Positions 10,330 to 22,482 of a stretch of DNA of 64,000 nt are shown piece after piece (position 1 is the stretch's first letter; each line of letters starts with the position of its first letter). The position numbers and the translations under genes were made by a program. The stretch lies in the NCBI RefSeq assembly GCF_963853765.1, contig NC_088861.1, positions 2,170,001 to 2,234,000 of the forward strand. Reading direction: 5' to 3'. The notes under the pieces are model-generated. The model saw only the letters and a program-made list of their open reading frames with translations. It was not told where the DNA came from and ran no database searches. This DNA comes from Magallana gigas (Eukaryota).

Positions 10330-12945
10330 TTACAAGTTAGGTCCATGATCATGTAAACACATTACCTTGTGGCCCTGTTTCCAATGTTGCTTCTGGCAAT
10401 GAGGAGAACAGTACCTTGACAACTTACACTGGCCGCAGTACAAAAACTTCTCATTCTGTGTCTCCAGCTTCCGACACGCAGGCGAAGAACAGAAGATGAA
10501 AACTTCCAAAAACTGATCAAGCTCTTCCATGAGTTTGTCTTTAGGAATCCATTCCTCAGGTTTCAATTGGCTATAAAAGCCGCTTGTGAGGATTCTTACA
10601 TGGTCGTGGAATTGCAAGACGTCTTTTACTCCTTCCAAATCTATCTTTGATTTCTTCAGTTTCACCACATACACATTTAGTTCGTTTATTACATTGGACT
10701 TTAGAATAGACTTCCTTGCCTCTTTGTCACCAAGTTGCAGTAATGCTGCTAGAATTTTGGCACAGTAGGAAACGGCTTCAAGACAATAAATCCCAAAAGC
10801 TCCCTGTCGACACTTGATTTGTTGAAATATATGCCTGATGATTCCATGCTTCAGGTACGGAGCCACTAGTGTTGATTTTCCCACAATGATCATTCTATAC
10901 AACACGATAAAACCCTTCCTAACAAGTTCTGGGTATTCTCTTTGTTCTAAAGCTGAGAAAATGACTGGGAGAAGATCGATCTTGTAGGTATTAATTCTCT
11001 TAATGAAGGCCACTGTTGTCAAGCACTCACTGAAAAATCCAATCACGTGCAGAAGGTGGGATACCCGATGCTCTCTACAACAGGCTTGTGGACTCTTGAC
11101 CACCATGTAGATCAGTTTGTTGGCAGCTACCTCTCCGATACATTGAAGCACTTTCCAGTAGTTTAGGTAATGCTTATCCTTTAAACTAGCCCTCATTTTG
11201 TGCAGGGTTTCGTAAACGTCGCTCAAATTCCTGTAGTCCAATTCATCAATATATTTGCAGATGTCCGACACATAGCTCTCAATACTTCTTGTAGCAGCCA
11301 TTTCACTTTCAAATTTACTAAAAAAAAAGAGAGGAAAAATTCTTAGACAGTCTTGAAAATTCATTCATCATGTTCATTACCAAGAATAAAGACAGTAACT
11401 TAATCATTTAAGGACACAGGCAACGTTCCTCAGTTTTTTGATAATTTCCCTTTTTAGATTATTTTTACTTATTTGTATTTACACCTGTTAATGCCCAAAA
11501 ATTGAACGTGCATTACCAGGCTATTTTTTGAGTTAGAATATTTTGCCTTTTCTTCTTATAGCATGATATATGCATATTGAATGCATAAAAAAAAAAATCA
11601 TAGAATGTATTTTCCATTGAAACAATATCTACAAATAGTAAATAATCATATCATATGAAAATATAATTTTTTAAATAACTTAGTGGAAATCTTCACATTG
11701 CCAAGATAGAAAAATAGTAAATAATGGAAGATAAGTAAATTGCGTCACAGAAAATGGTTTTTGTCTTGTTTGCTGCCAAAATAATTTCTAGGACCTACAT
11801 TTCTCCATTAAAAACTATGAAACAAATAGGTGATATATTATGATAAAATTTCATAAAAGGCTAACTCTTTTTAGATGATCTTTTACTTTGACAATTGATT
11901 CAAAAATTTTATCTTTGAACTTATGTAGCATGCCATTCCATCTTTTAATAGCTGAATAGTCTTTGTGATTACTCCACTGCCATCAGAATTTGTTAACAAA
12001 ACCATCATTGTAACATACTGGCGTGCAACCAGTTCTCGCCAGTACATTGTGATGTGATGTCATTTTATCAACACATAAAATTATAGACGAAAAATGACGT
12101 CACAATGTATTGGCGAGAAATTGTACTCGGCGAGAACTGGTTGTACACCAGTAAAGGACCAAAGAGTAAAATTGTTTATTGGTGCAATGGTACAATACCA
12201 TACAACTTTCATTGAACTGTTGATGAGCTTATTATTTTAACATAATTTCAGTATTTCACTTTGAGGTTGATGAGGTTGTATCAAGTATTAAAAGGTAAAC
12301 TTGGTGGTGTTTTTAGGTCAATAAAAGGAATGCACTATAGGAACATAGGCATGCTCTAAAAGAAGTTGTTTAAGACTGTATTCAAAATATTCATGCAACA
12401 AGATATTTACAAATCTTATGCAAACAAGTCATTATTTAAGTAGGTTTCCATAGTTTCTTATAGCAATGTTGAATTAGCCTAATGGCGTCACCTACCAAAC
12501 TTGCCTATATAAGCTCTTGACTGTTGGTAGATTTGGTGATTTCATTTAAACTAATGGTCAACATTGGTTACCAATTTCTACCATGTGGAACCATGCATTT
12601 GTAGATTTGGTGACCCAACTTGCCGTTAGTAACAATCTGGTTAACTTTGAATGCACCTTCTATCTTGCTGTTATTCAAAGAGAATATTGATATACATACA
12701 CGAAATAAAACCACCGTTTCAAAGCGTCCACAATATATGATATGAGACCTTGCAGTTCTCCTGCCATGCCTGCAAGTGATGAGGTAGACATCATATACGT
12801 CAGTATTTATAGACAAGTTTTGATGAGTGAAACTGTCAATTAATGTGTACAAAATATGTAAAATAGGGTGTATCATGCATCCCGTCAAATTATTTTCAAT
12901 CAGCATTTGTTTAGCCAGGCTTGAACAGTAATCAAACAAATTCAT
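10330..12945 (-). CDS. MYND-type zinc finger protein with a helical (ARM-like) N-terminal region, about 453 aa
   Basis: The C-terminus CSSPACRKL...CGQCKLSRYCSPHCQKQHWKQGHKVMC is a canonical zf-MYND. Exons complement(12572..12945,10330..11317): donor TG|gtaacc and acceptor tttttttttag|TAAA are both phase 2 and join the 133-aa and 344-aa ORFs in frame. Candidate non-coding exon donor at 13071; ETS-like CCGGAAGT at 13103. Confidence 0.8.
12018..12151. mobile_element. 134-bp hairpin MITE with TA target duplication (Tc1/mariner type)
   Basis: TA-ctggcgtgcaaccagttctcgcc...ggcgagaactggttgtacaccag-TA: about 23-bp TIR with 2 mismatches, TA at 12016-12017 and 12152-12153. Confidence 0.75.
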
Positions 12946-13975
12946 CTCTTCAATAAGCTGTAAACCCAATTCGCTCGAAATGCTGCGAATGCTGTGATTT
13001 TCAAGGATAAAGATATATTTTTTTTAATCTGAAAGGTTATTATTATTAAACTTAATCATTTCTGGACCAACCTTGCAATCGTTGATGCTGTGCTGTGAGG
13101 AACCGGAAGTTTTCGTATCAAGTGTCAAGTTTTCGCGGGAAAAATGACCGTCGGCGGATCAAGGTCAGGCGTAGCTTATTTCTGTCCCGTCTTAAACTTC
13201 ATTCATGGAAATCTTATGAAAATAATTTACTTGGCAAACTTTTATCATGAAAAACAAACGCATACCACGCACCCGGGTAATCTGACGTGGTTTACAGATT
13301 AGAAAGGGGGGGGGTGTTCTGAGGTATAATTTCGCAGGGGGATGGGGGGGGGGGGGGGGCGGTGGTCGCAGTACTGGTCTATACTAGGTAATTTGCGTTG
13401 AGGTTTATAAGTTTGGATTTTTCCAGAGTTGACTTATGAGGGCGTCTGGACAACCGACCCCCATCTTCAATACAGGTTTCAATACACATTCAAAAATAGA
13501 AAGTCTACGGGGATTTCGCATTTCGGATCAGCCATTAATAAGCCCGGATGATAACGTTGAAAAATTTCGCGAGGTATCCCGAGTACTTCCGAATGGAGAA
13601 AAGATGTAAACATTTCCCATTATAAATCTCCGTAAGAAATTTATTTTCGATCCTGTGAACTTTTAAGAGTGAAAAATGATAATTGTTCAATGAAGATATC
13701 TTGGATATTTTCCCTTTCATCGATTTCAACTGTATTTCTTTCACAGGTATGTGTATTTTTATTAAAATCATAAAAAAGTGATGGAAGCAATAACTTGGGA
13801 CAGACTATACCTTCCCAATGAAATTCATAATGTTCATGAATAGGTTTAATTAAAGAATGGGAAGTAAATATAGGGGAAGAGGTAGTAAGGAAATTCACCC
13901 AAGGAAGGTGTAACCCTTTATATAAATCAGGTTTATTCCACAAGAAAATTCCCGTTTAGTTTAGAATGCCAGATT

Positions 13976-14120
13976 NNNNNNNNNNNNNNNNNNNNNNNNN
14001 NNNNNNNNNNNNNNNNNNNNNNNNNNNNNNNNNNNNNNNNNNNNNNNNNNNNNNNNNNNNNNNNNNNNNNNNNNNNNNNNNNNNNNNNNNNNNNNNNNNN
14101 NNNNNNNNNNNNNNNNNNNN
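13976..14120. other. Assembly gap (N run)
   Basis: 145 N characters. Confidence 1.
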
Positions 14121-14553
14121 TACGCTATTGTTTAGTATTGTACGACATATTAAATGTAACAAGCACATATATAGTAACAGGAGGTGCGGGCCGGATATAT
14201 AGATAGGGATAACTGCCTATGATATATTTATATACATTTGGTAACAATTACGTAATATCATGAAGACAACTGAGGCCTGAACAACCCCTCCCGAGAACTT
14301 TTTCTCATAACCGACATTTCTTAAACATACAGAAAAATTATTTCTGAAGGAGCTGGTCTCCCTATCCCACTTTTTTGGAGTATATGTAAAATTAAATTAT
14401 TGGGTTACTGATACTACCCCCACCCCGCCACACATAGCAGAATAAGATTTTAAAGATTTGTGAATAGATTTTTTTGGTAATATTGTCAAGATTAAAAAAA
14501 AAATCAAAAATATTTTGTAGTAAACTTTCGTCAGTGAGCTCCTGTAAACATAG

Positions 14554-14556
<3 letters not shown>

Positions 14557-14629
<73 letters not shown>
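14557..14629. repeat. (CT)n microsatellite
   Basis: Direct reading. Confidence 0.98.
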
Positions 14630-14632
<3 letters not shown>

Positions 14633-14913
14633 ATGAATAAGTACTCTCTTCATCCCTTAAGTAACACTTTTACGCTGTAGCGATCCTATTAACGTCTTTG
14701 CCAAAAAAATTGCCTTTTTTTTAAGTCTTAAATTCAAGAGTGGGAGGTAAAAATCGGAATCCTTAATTTCAGCTAGAGGAAGTAATTGATGCGTGTATTT
14801 ATGAAATTGTAAAATTGAGGAAGTGTTTTTCAAAACAGAATAATGAGTAATTTTGCGTGTTATCCTTTTAAAAAAAAACATTAAACAAAGGACATGCCCT
14901 GATGCTTACTTTG

Positions 14914-15061
14914 ATCACGTGATGACTATTGAAACCTTTCAACTGTCCGGTGCTCACTACCCCACGGTGGGTTTTCGTGAAACGTGATTTCGTTCCATAA
15001 ATAGGAATGCAATTGTATAAAGCTGCACGCTGCAAATTGCAAGTACTAAAACTTGAATAAG
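14914..15061 (+). promoter_or_regulatory. Putative promoter and non-coding first exon of the SH2 gene
   Basis: E-box TCACGTGA at 14915-14922, TATA-like cataaata at 14996, strong donor AAG|gtaagt at 15061/15062, and acceptor ataag just before ATG 15748. Confidence 0.45.
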
Positions 15062-15747
15062 GTAAGTGTTTTCTGCCAATTAAGTCCGAGGAAAAATATT
15101 CTGAAAGCAAACTTTTTGGCTGAAGCTACTTTCCTTCCTATTTATTAGGTTAAACGTGCTATTTTGCTACCCATTTTTAATCTTGATAATCATAATAGTT
15201 AAATATAAATATTTAAATTTAATAAATTTATCATCAAAAGATGATTTTTGAACCCATAGCGTTTCCTTAAAACCCGGAAAAGTTCAATTTATTTTCGATT
15301 TCCTTCATGATTTTACATTAATAAAGATGAGCTATTCTTAATCCTTTGAAACACCGCCGCATATAATAGTATTCACTTTGTGTCTATTTTGTGTGAAATT
15401 GGTTAAAAAAGCATTGCTTAACAAAACATTTTTATGTAATATTTTCATCCATTTTTTCTGCACTGATATGTTAATGAGAATACAGAAATCCATCAATTAT
15501 TTGAATGGCTAATTTCTAATAACAACTCTTTAGTTAAATGTCATGTTGATATTATTTCTTCCTGTTTTAACAAACAGATAATCGATGCATAATGATGCAA
15601 TAATTGCTATATATTAATAGCTCAGTCAGATCTTTTTGAACTGTGGTACATACACCAGGAATCAAATAAAAGTAATATCATCGATTTATAACATAAATCA
15701 TAAAAACATTTTAAAATGTACATCCTTTTTATTAATTATAAGGCATT

Positions 15748-18700
15748 ATGAATGGTGAAGAAATGCAAAAGATTTCATCAACGAACATTTGTGCGTCACG
15801 CAAGTGTCGTGCAATGAAAGTTGAAAACGTGCAAAACCCCGTATTCAGTGCCCAGTCCGACCAACTTAAGACTAAGTCGCCAGAGAAGATAGAAGTACTT
15901 TACTCTAGAGCAAATGGACACAAGGTTTTGGCACTTGGCTCCAGCAGCTCTACAAGTTTTTCCGGAAGTGAACCCGTAGAACACGACGAGGAAGCGGAAG
16001 TGAACCTGTCAAAAAGAGGCTCGTCTCGAGGACTCTCGGAGAGTTCCGGTTACACCGGATCCTTGGACAGAATACCTGATCCAGTCCTGGACAGGATTCC
16101 TTGTGATCCGGATGTTCCCATGATGGCTTATTTTCATAGAAATTCTAGAGCTAGCTCCAGTAGCACCACGTCAGATTTGTTTCCCTGGGAATGTGAGTAC
16201 AAGAATTTGGATTGTGTTTTCCTGAATTCGCATTAATGGTTATATGGTTCGATTCGTTATTGTTCTATATTGCATTATGATAAATATATATGCAACCAAT
16301 ATAAGTGCATGTTATATATATTCTGTTCACAAATTATGTTAAATTTAAACTTCTTACTGAATTTTTTAAATGTTGTTATGAAGGAGTCAACTAATTGTAA
16401 AATTACGAAAGCAACTGCATGTTGTTGTTATAAGATACATACATATACAACAGTTTGTAAATGAAAATTAATATCTATCTGAGCACTCAGTTGCTCTTTG
16501 AACGACGTATATATTTACAATGTAGTATCAACACTGAACAGCAAAAAGGATTTTCTGTCTTTGATCTAATATTAAGTAAGTGTTTTCTCATAGGGCTTTT
16601 CAAATTTGCAATGAGGCCTTTACAACGTAATTATATTTCGAGACTTATCATAGAATAGTTTATCTTTATACTTTTTATCGGAAGTGTTCAACAAAACAAA
16701 AATGTGTTTGACTTTAAGCTTTTATCCTATAAAGGTTCGACCTGCAAAATGTTTAGAGATACAGCTGCATCCAAAGAAACGATGGAGTTCTGGAGCGAGG
16801 TTGAATCTCCAAGTCAAAACAACACAAAAAGTTGCCATTCCAAGGTTCATGTATTGCCTGAATATATTATTTGAGAAGAAATGTAGCTTTCAAAGATTAC
16901 TGTTCATTTAGACGATACACATTGGAATATTGTTTAGCGGTGGGGGTCTGAGGCCTATACTTTAAAAATTTACTATTTAAATTTGATATGTTTGATTATT
17001 CCGAGGGGAGGGGAAGTCTCCCCCCCCCCCCCCCCCCCCGGAATAAGCACATGTACAAAAACCTTACATATAGATATTATATTTTTTCAGTTTTGGATAA
17101 GATTTTATGAAAAATTAAAAGAAAAATTCCCTAAAGAAGATGGACTGAACAGTAAACAAACCAAGTTCCTCTTGAAGACATTGCTCGAAGTGTGTGATGA
17201 CGGTATGTGTCTAAGTAAAATCACTCAAGAAAACTAGTTACAACCATTTTAACAAGGCCTTGGACTTTCAATAGGACGTATCTATCTATTTCCTGCGTCA
17301 AAACAAGTTAAAATGACGCTGGTTTCAAGTGAAATATACACTGATTGCGTAGTCATAGCTCAAAAGCCAGGCAAATCTTGTTGATTTCAAAGAGCAACGG
17401 CTGTGTGGCCTACAATGAAATACATAGGCCTACGTCACAATGCTGTTTGACACCAACTAACTTAAGTCCAACCTCTTGTTAAAATGGTTCTATATACACT
17501 GCTACATGTACTTCTGTAAACCAACTTGTTTTCGCGACAACTTTATATCGCGATTTAACAGAAGTAAACTGGTTCGCGACGACTTTTTTCGCGATCAAGT
17601 TTTATTTACACTTCAGAAGTCTTTACACCCATACAGCAAAAGCTGCTTCACGGAGAGAAATATTCGTGACGACGAGCTAAGCTCTAGCAAACCTCGCGAA
17701 TGTATCTCGCACGTGAATGAAGTTGGTTTACAGTATACAGCTCAGTAATATACAAACTTCGTATAACGATGTGAAGTTTGATAAACAAGATATTTCCTTT
17801 CGCTATAAAGAAATATACAGATAATGACCAACATTGGCAGAAGTCTAGATTATATAAAAACTATTAACAAACGTGGGGTACATATGCATTTTTCCTGAAA
17901 ACATATATTTAGATTCATAAATTGGTAACATGGTGTGTCGTATCAAATGTAAGTTTAAAATGATAGCATTTTTAGTTCTAAATTTGTTTTTATTAAATAT
18001 TCAATGTTCAAGCATTACATTTAATATTAATTACTTAGTTTTTAAAATTCTTGATTTTACAGTGGAAGGAATTGTCGAGTTGTCCAGGTTCTTGAAGATC
18101 GTCAGGTTTTTTGGTCCAGTTAAAAACGATGGCGACTCTGGAAGGTGCTGTCTCGTTAAACATGTAAGAAAAAAATCTTAAGTTAAAGTAAATGAATATC
18201 ATTCATACTGTAATAAACATTTACTGCTAGTAGGCTAATGTTGTTCTAAACGACTTCATTCATAGCATATATAACTCATTATAAGTTAACAATGCAATGC
18301 AACTGAAGAAGACTGAAGAATGTAAAAACAGGCAATTGGAGCGTACTGCATAATCATAGGCAATCCGTGACTCCGAATGTCGACTTATGTGCATGTTCAA
18401 TATGGGTTTCCAGAAATTTCCGTGAAAGATTTTTTTTCATTAGGACGAACTAATTATGAAAATAAACTAACCGTTTAGAAATTAATTTCTTGACTATCTG
18501 TCGATTAATCTTGACCAAACATAAACTTGATTTGTAGTTTCTCACAATAAAGCTTCACAGCAAGTTTCAAATTAATTCACCAAACCATAACAAAAAAGTC
18601 TGGAGAACCAAATCGGGAGAGAATGATCGACAGTCAGACGAAAATACAGTGATATAAAGGCCATAGCCCCCGGGTTTCACCGATATGGGACTAATAACAA

Positions 18701-20412
18701 TTTATGTAATCCTAATTTGGAAACTTTCTTTATCTTTCCTCAAACTCAATGAGATAATATCTATATTATTACAGCTTCATGATATCATGCAGAAATCTGT
18801 ACAAAAAGACGCTACAACCAAAGAGAGAGTGAGGTACAGTAACTGTTACTGAAAGTGAATCTGTGTACAAAGAAAATCTATAAGCAAATAAACATGATTA
18901 CCATGCATATCCCAGAAACACATTCTCTGTGTGATTAAACATAATGGTTTTACGGAAATTTTATTCATTAAGAAACTTCTCGTATTAAACCTTACAAGAT
19001 AGACAAAGAAATTTAAAACTTTTACTCAGCGGAATATTCCATATCTTCTGTAGCTGGTTTGCCGGTGAAATGTCCAGAACTGAAGCCGATAGTTTACTCC
19101 GAAACCAGAGAAACTGCACTTTCTTAGTCAGGTAGTTGATACATCACAGACGGATACTACTAAGGAGGGTTCGAAAGCCGTGGCCATTTTTAAACTATAT
19201 ATATCTCCTTTTGAAGAAGAGCTCTTGATGAATATCTGAGAAAACGTTCATAAAGCTAAAATATATTGAATTTTTTTTTTACTAAATGACAATTCATGGC
19301 TAAAATTATAATATCTAACCTTTTTAGGTAGATTTGTTGACCATTTAGCTATACCCAAAAATATGATTTGTGAAATGAAACAAACATGAATGAAATAAAC
19401 CTTTTCATCTTTATGTAATCTGTAGTTCTAAATGCTAAACAGAATCCATCAAAGTAGGACCCAAAGTGGGATTTAATCGGATTTCCCCTCCCCCCCCCCC
19501 AAAAAAAAATAAAAATATTTTAATTGCTTTTGTTTCATCAGAATGAGTCAGAGCGGGTCAGACAATGGTGACTTTGTGGTATCAGTGGTAGATGGAGAGG
19601 AGTGTGTCCACTTTGAAATAGAGGCAAGTCAAATATTTAACAGCCAGTTGAAATAATGTTTACCGAAGCAGAGTCGACTGTAACTTTAGAACAATATTGG
19701 TTGCATGTTTTTTATTGTAAAATTTAAACACAGTATAGGTAACCTAATGACAATAAAAATGTTGGTTCATTGTTTGTCCGTGTGAATTACTGGGTTACAG
19801 TGACTGATTGAAGCATTCAAAGAATATTGTCGTCCAACTTAAATTTGGTTGATCTATTTTACATTACAGAAATCTTTCTTTTCCAAAAATGTAACGATTA
19901 GATATAAGGTGTTTTAAGTAACATATGCAGAACATCGCCCCTAACTATGGTCAAAGTGTTCTGCTAGTATCTGCTAAAGTATACGGAATATTTTGGTTCA
20001 TGAATTGCTAGAAAGTTTAAACCGTGCATATTTGAATTGTCATAATAGCACGAGTTTACGGGGAAAACTGCACAAAAAGACAGCAAAACGCAGTTCATTT
20101 TGCTTTAGATCAAGCGACTGGTAACAGTTTTCCTTGCACATGGTTTCTTTCAGCATGAAAGAAATTTCAACATCTCTATTTTTATTTTTACTCTCTCAAT
20201 AGGGTAATCCCATGGAGTCGGCAAAGAGTCCAGACTTAAACTGCCACCTGCGTTTCCTGGGGAGGACCTACCGGACGCTCCCTGAGGTCATAGGGGACCT
20301 CCGGACCACGCCCCTACATGACGAGGACAGCGGCGAGGATATCTGGTGTAGGCGAATCTGTCCAAACCTTCCCTTCAACAACGTCATGACCCCGTATAAG
20401 CGCACGAAATGA
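15748..20412 (+). CDS. SH2-domain protein with an upstream EF-hand/linker-like helical domain and a Ser-rich N-terminus, about 398-400 aa
   Basis: join(15748..16192,16735..16844 or 16850,17091..17202,18063..18163,18775..18833,19054..19131,19542..19623,20203..20412); all phases match. SH2 core SWFAGEMSRTEADSLLRNQRNCTFLVRMSQSGSDNGDFVVSVVDGEECVHFEI has a WF..FLVR signature, preceded by LLEVCDDVEGIVELSRFLKIVRFFGP. The last intron has a GC donor. Confidence 0.88.
17514..17733. mobile_element. MITE with CTGTAAACCAACTT TIRs in an intron of the SH2 gene
   Basis: ctgtaaaccaactt (17514) and aagttggtttacag (ends 17733) form a perfect 14-bp inverted repeat; CpG-rich tcgcga internal repeats; right flank TA. 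Confidence 0.75.
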
Positions 20413-21291
20413 AAAATGTTCCGGACACTTTCTACTATCTACGAATGATACATGGAATATTGATCACTGTTTTATAAAGTGCATGGAATACATACAGTGT
20501 TATAGCTTTTTATTTTTGAAAAATATTCATAATCCAAAAGGCTATGGTAAAAAAAACTTTAAATTCTATGGGCTCCACGTAATTAAAGAAGTTTCTAGGT
20601 ATTTCTAGAATATTCAAACATTGCACGTAAAAAAAATCTTGATTTTTAAAGGTTTTTTATATTATATGTAAAACTGAAGAATCTGTCCAGCCCTTCCATA
20701 ATAATGTTATGATCCGGAATTAGCGATCTAAATGAATGAACGGTTCGGACACCGTTTATCTATGCTACACCAAATATAATTTAATTGTCTTGTTATCATA
20801 CTTCAAATATACTTAATCCCTCGGGCTCCACACAAGTATGAACATTTCTAGGTATTTCTGGTATATTTAAAACGGTATATCCAGAGCCTTATATGAAGTA
20901 GGTAAAATGAGAGATTAGGGATACTCATAATTATATGTTTTTTATATTTGTTATGTGAATTAAAAATATTCAACGAAGGAGTGGTGTTTTTTGTTTTGCA
21001 AATTCAAAGTGAATGCATGTTATTATATTTGGAACAAAATTGCTATCTTTTTTTTTCTTTTTGCTCAAGGACGCATGCAATTTAAAGATGGCACATTTAC
21101 TTATCGGTAGCACGGCCGTGAAATATTATTGTTGTTTATCCAAGCAATATATTTGTGGTTAGTATGTGTGTTAACTGATTAGTTTACTGGTCTGTTGCGT
21201 GGTTTGTTAGCTCATATTTAGGAAGGACTTGCTCGTTGCATATAATATACGTACTGAAAATGATTTGATGTGTTCCCATGTAAACACTTTA

Positions 21292-21295
<4 letters not shown>

Positions 21296-21325
<30 letters not shown>
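21296..21325. repeat. (GA)n microsatellite
   Basis: Direct reading. Confidence 0.95.
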
Positions 21326-21329
<4 letters not shown>

Positions 21330-21691
21330 GAATTTTTTTAACCAATAAACGCACTGTTTGTTTGTTTATTTTCATATCAATGTTTTTTATTACAAAATAA
21401 AAACGTACATCATATCCTATTTGATGCATAGTGTTTACATTGTAATTTAATGAATAATTCATATATTAGAATTTGTTTTCATTTAAATCGCACAAAAAAG
21501 GAATTGATACCTATATTTAAAGTAAACTATAGGATTTGTGCACAAATCTGAATTGATACTTTTAAAAATGTATCAATCAAATATCTTTTTAATGCATTGA
21601 ATACATGCTAAAACGAATTTGATGCCATGCCAGAATGAAAATCAAATGTCGCTCACATGAGTTTTTATGAAAATAACTTTTCTACATGGTT

Positions 21692-21715
21692 TCAAGGTCA
21701 GTCGGGCTATAAAAA
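21692..21715 (+). promoter_or_regulatory. TCAAGGTCA nuclear-receptor site immediately upstream of a TATAAAAA box
   Basis: Exact TCAAGGTCA at 21692-21700 and TATAAAAA at 21708-21715, about 770 bp upstream of ATG 22483, which is preceded by an acceptor at 22460-22461. Confidence 0.4.
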
Positions 21716-22482
21716 GACACACGTCGACACATATAATGCATTCTGTTACTTTCGCTCCATTTATCAACACGTAGTTGACAGGGAGGCCTTTCCAAACATT
21801 ATTCTTATTGCTTGTTTTTTGTGAAAACTAATGATGATAACTAATGAAAATCATCATTAACAGATTAACCTTTGACCCCAACACTTGTTGACAGGAAACG
21901 CAACACGCAATTTCAAACATGGAAGTGTAGTGTACAGAATTTAACTCGATCGTTAGAAGAAGTCCTATTGCTCATCTTTGAATAAAGGAAGAATAGAACG
22001 TCGCGTTAAAATATTTCTCACCCTGACACATTTCATATCCCTTTTTGATTGCAAATCCAAAACACATGACTATTATTATTGAATCAATTTTTTAAAAGTT
22101 AAAATTATTACAGAAATATATCTTTATTTCATAAATATCTTTATATCATAACAAAAAATATTTAAATAAATTTCGAAAAAAAGATACTTTTGGGAAAAAC
22201 AAAAACAAGACGAAACCCAGCGAAAATATTTATATACATGTACATGTTTATTGTAAATAAAATTGAAACGCAATTCAGCGAAAGTATTTTGTTACAATGT
22301 AATATGAATTTGTCTTGCGTGGAATGCTGTGTGTCATAATGTAAATAAAAATAATTAAAATTGAAATTTGCAACACGCATCTTGTACGCGGAACCATTTT
22401 TCATTTTTGAAGAAATTCGAATAAATACCGAAAATCCACGTGATATCTTCATTTCTTTCAGTATTTTAGAGGACGAAGAATC

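Noticed and set aside
11318-11364. N-terminal extension MNFQDCLRIFPLFFFS of the 344-aa ORF
   Set aside because: It is the polypyrimidine tract and acceptor of the intron; the exon starts at 11317.
13956-14202. ORFs spanning the N run
   Set aside because: Artefact of the assembly gap; the same applies to 50999-51205.
14474-14680. (SL)n ORF
   Set aside because: Translation of the (CT)n microsatellite.
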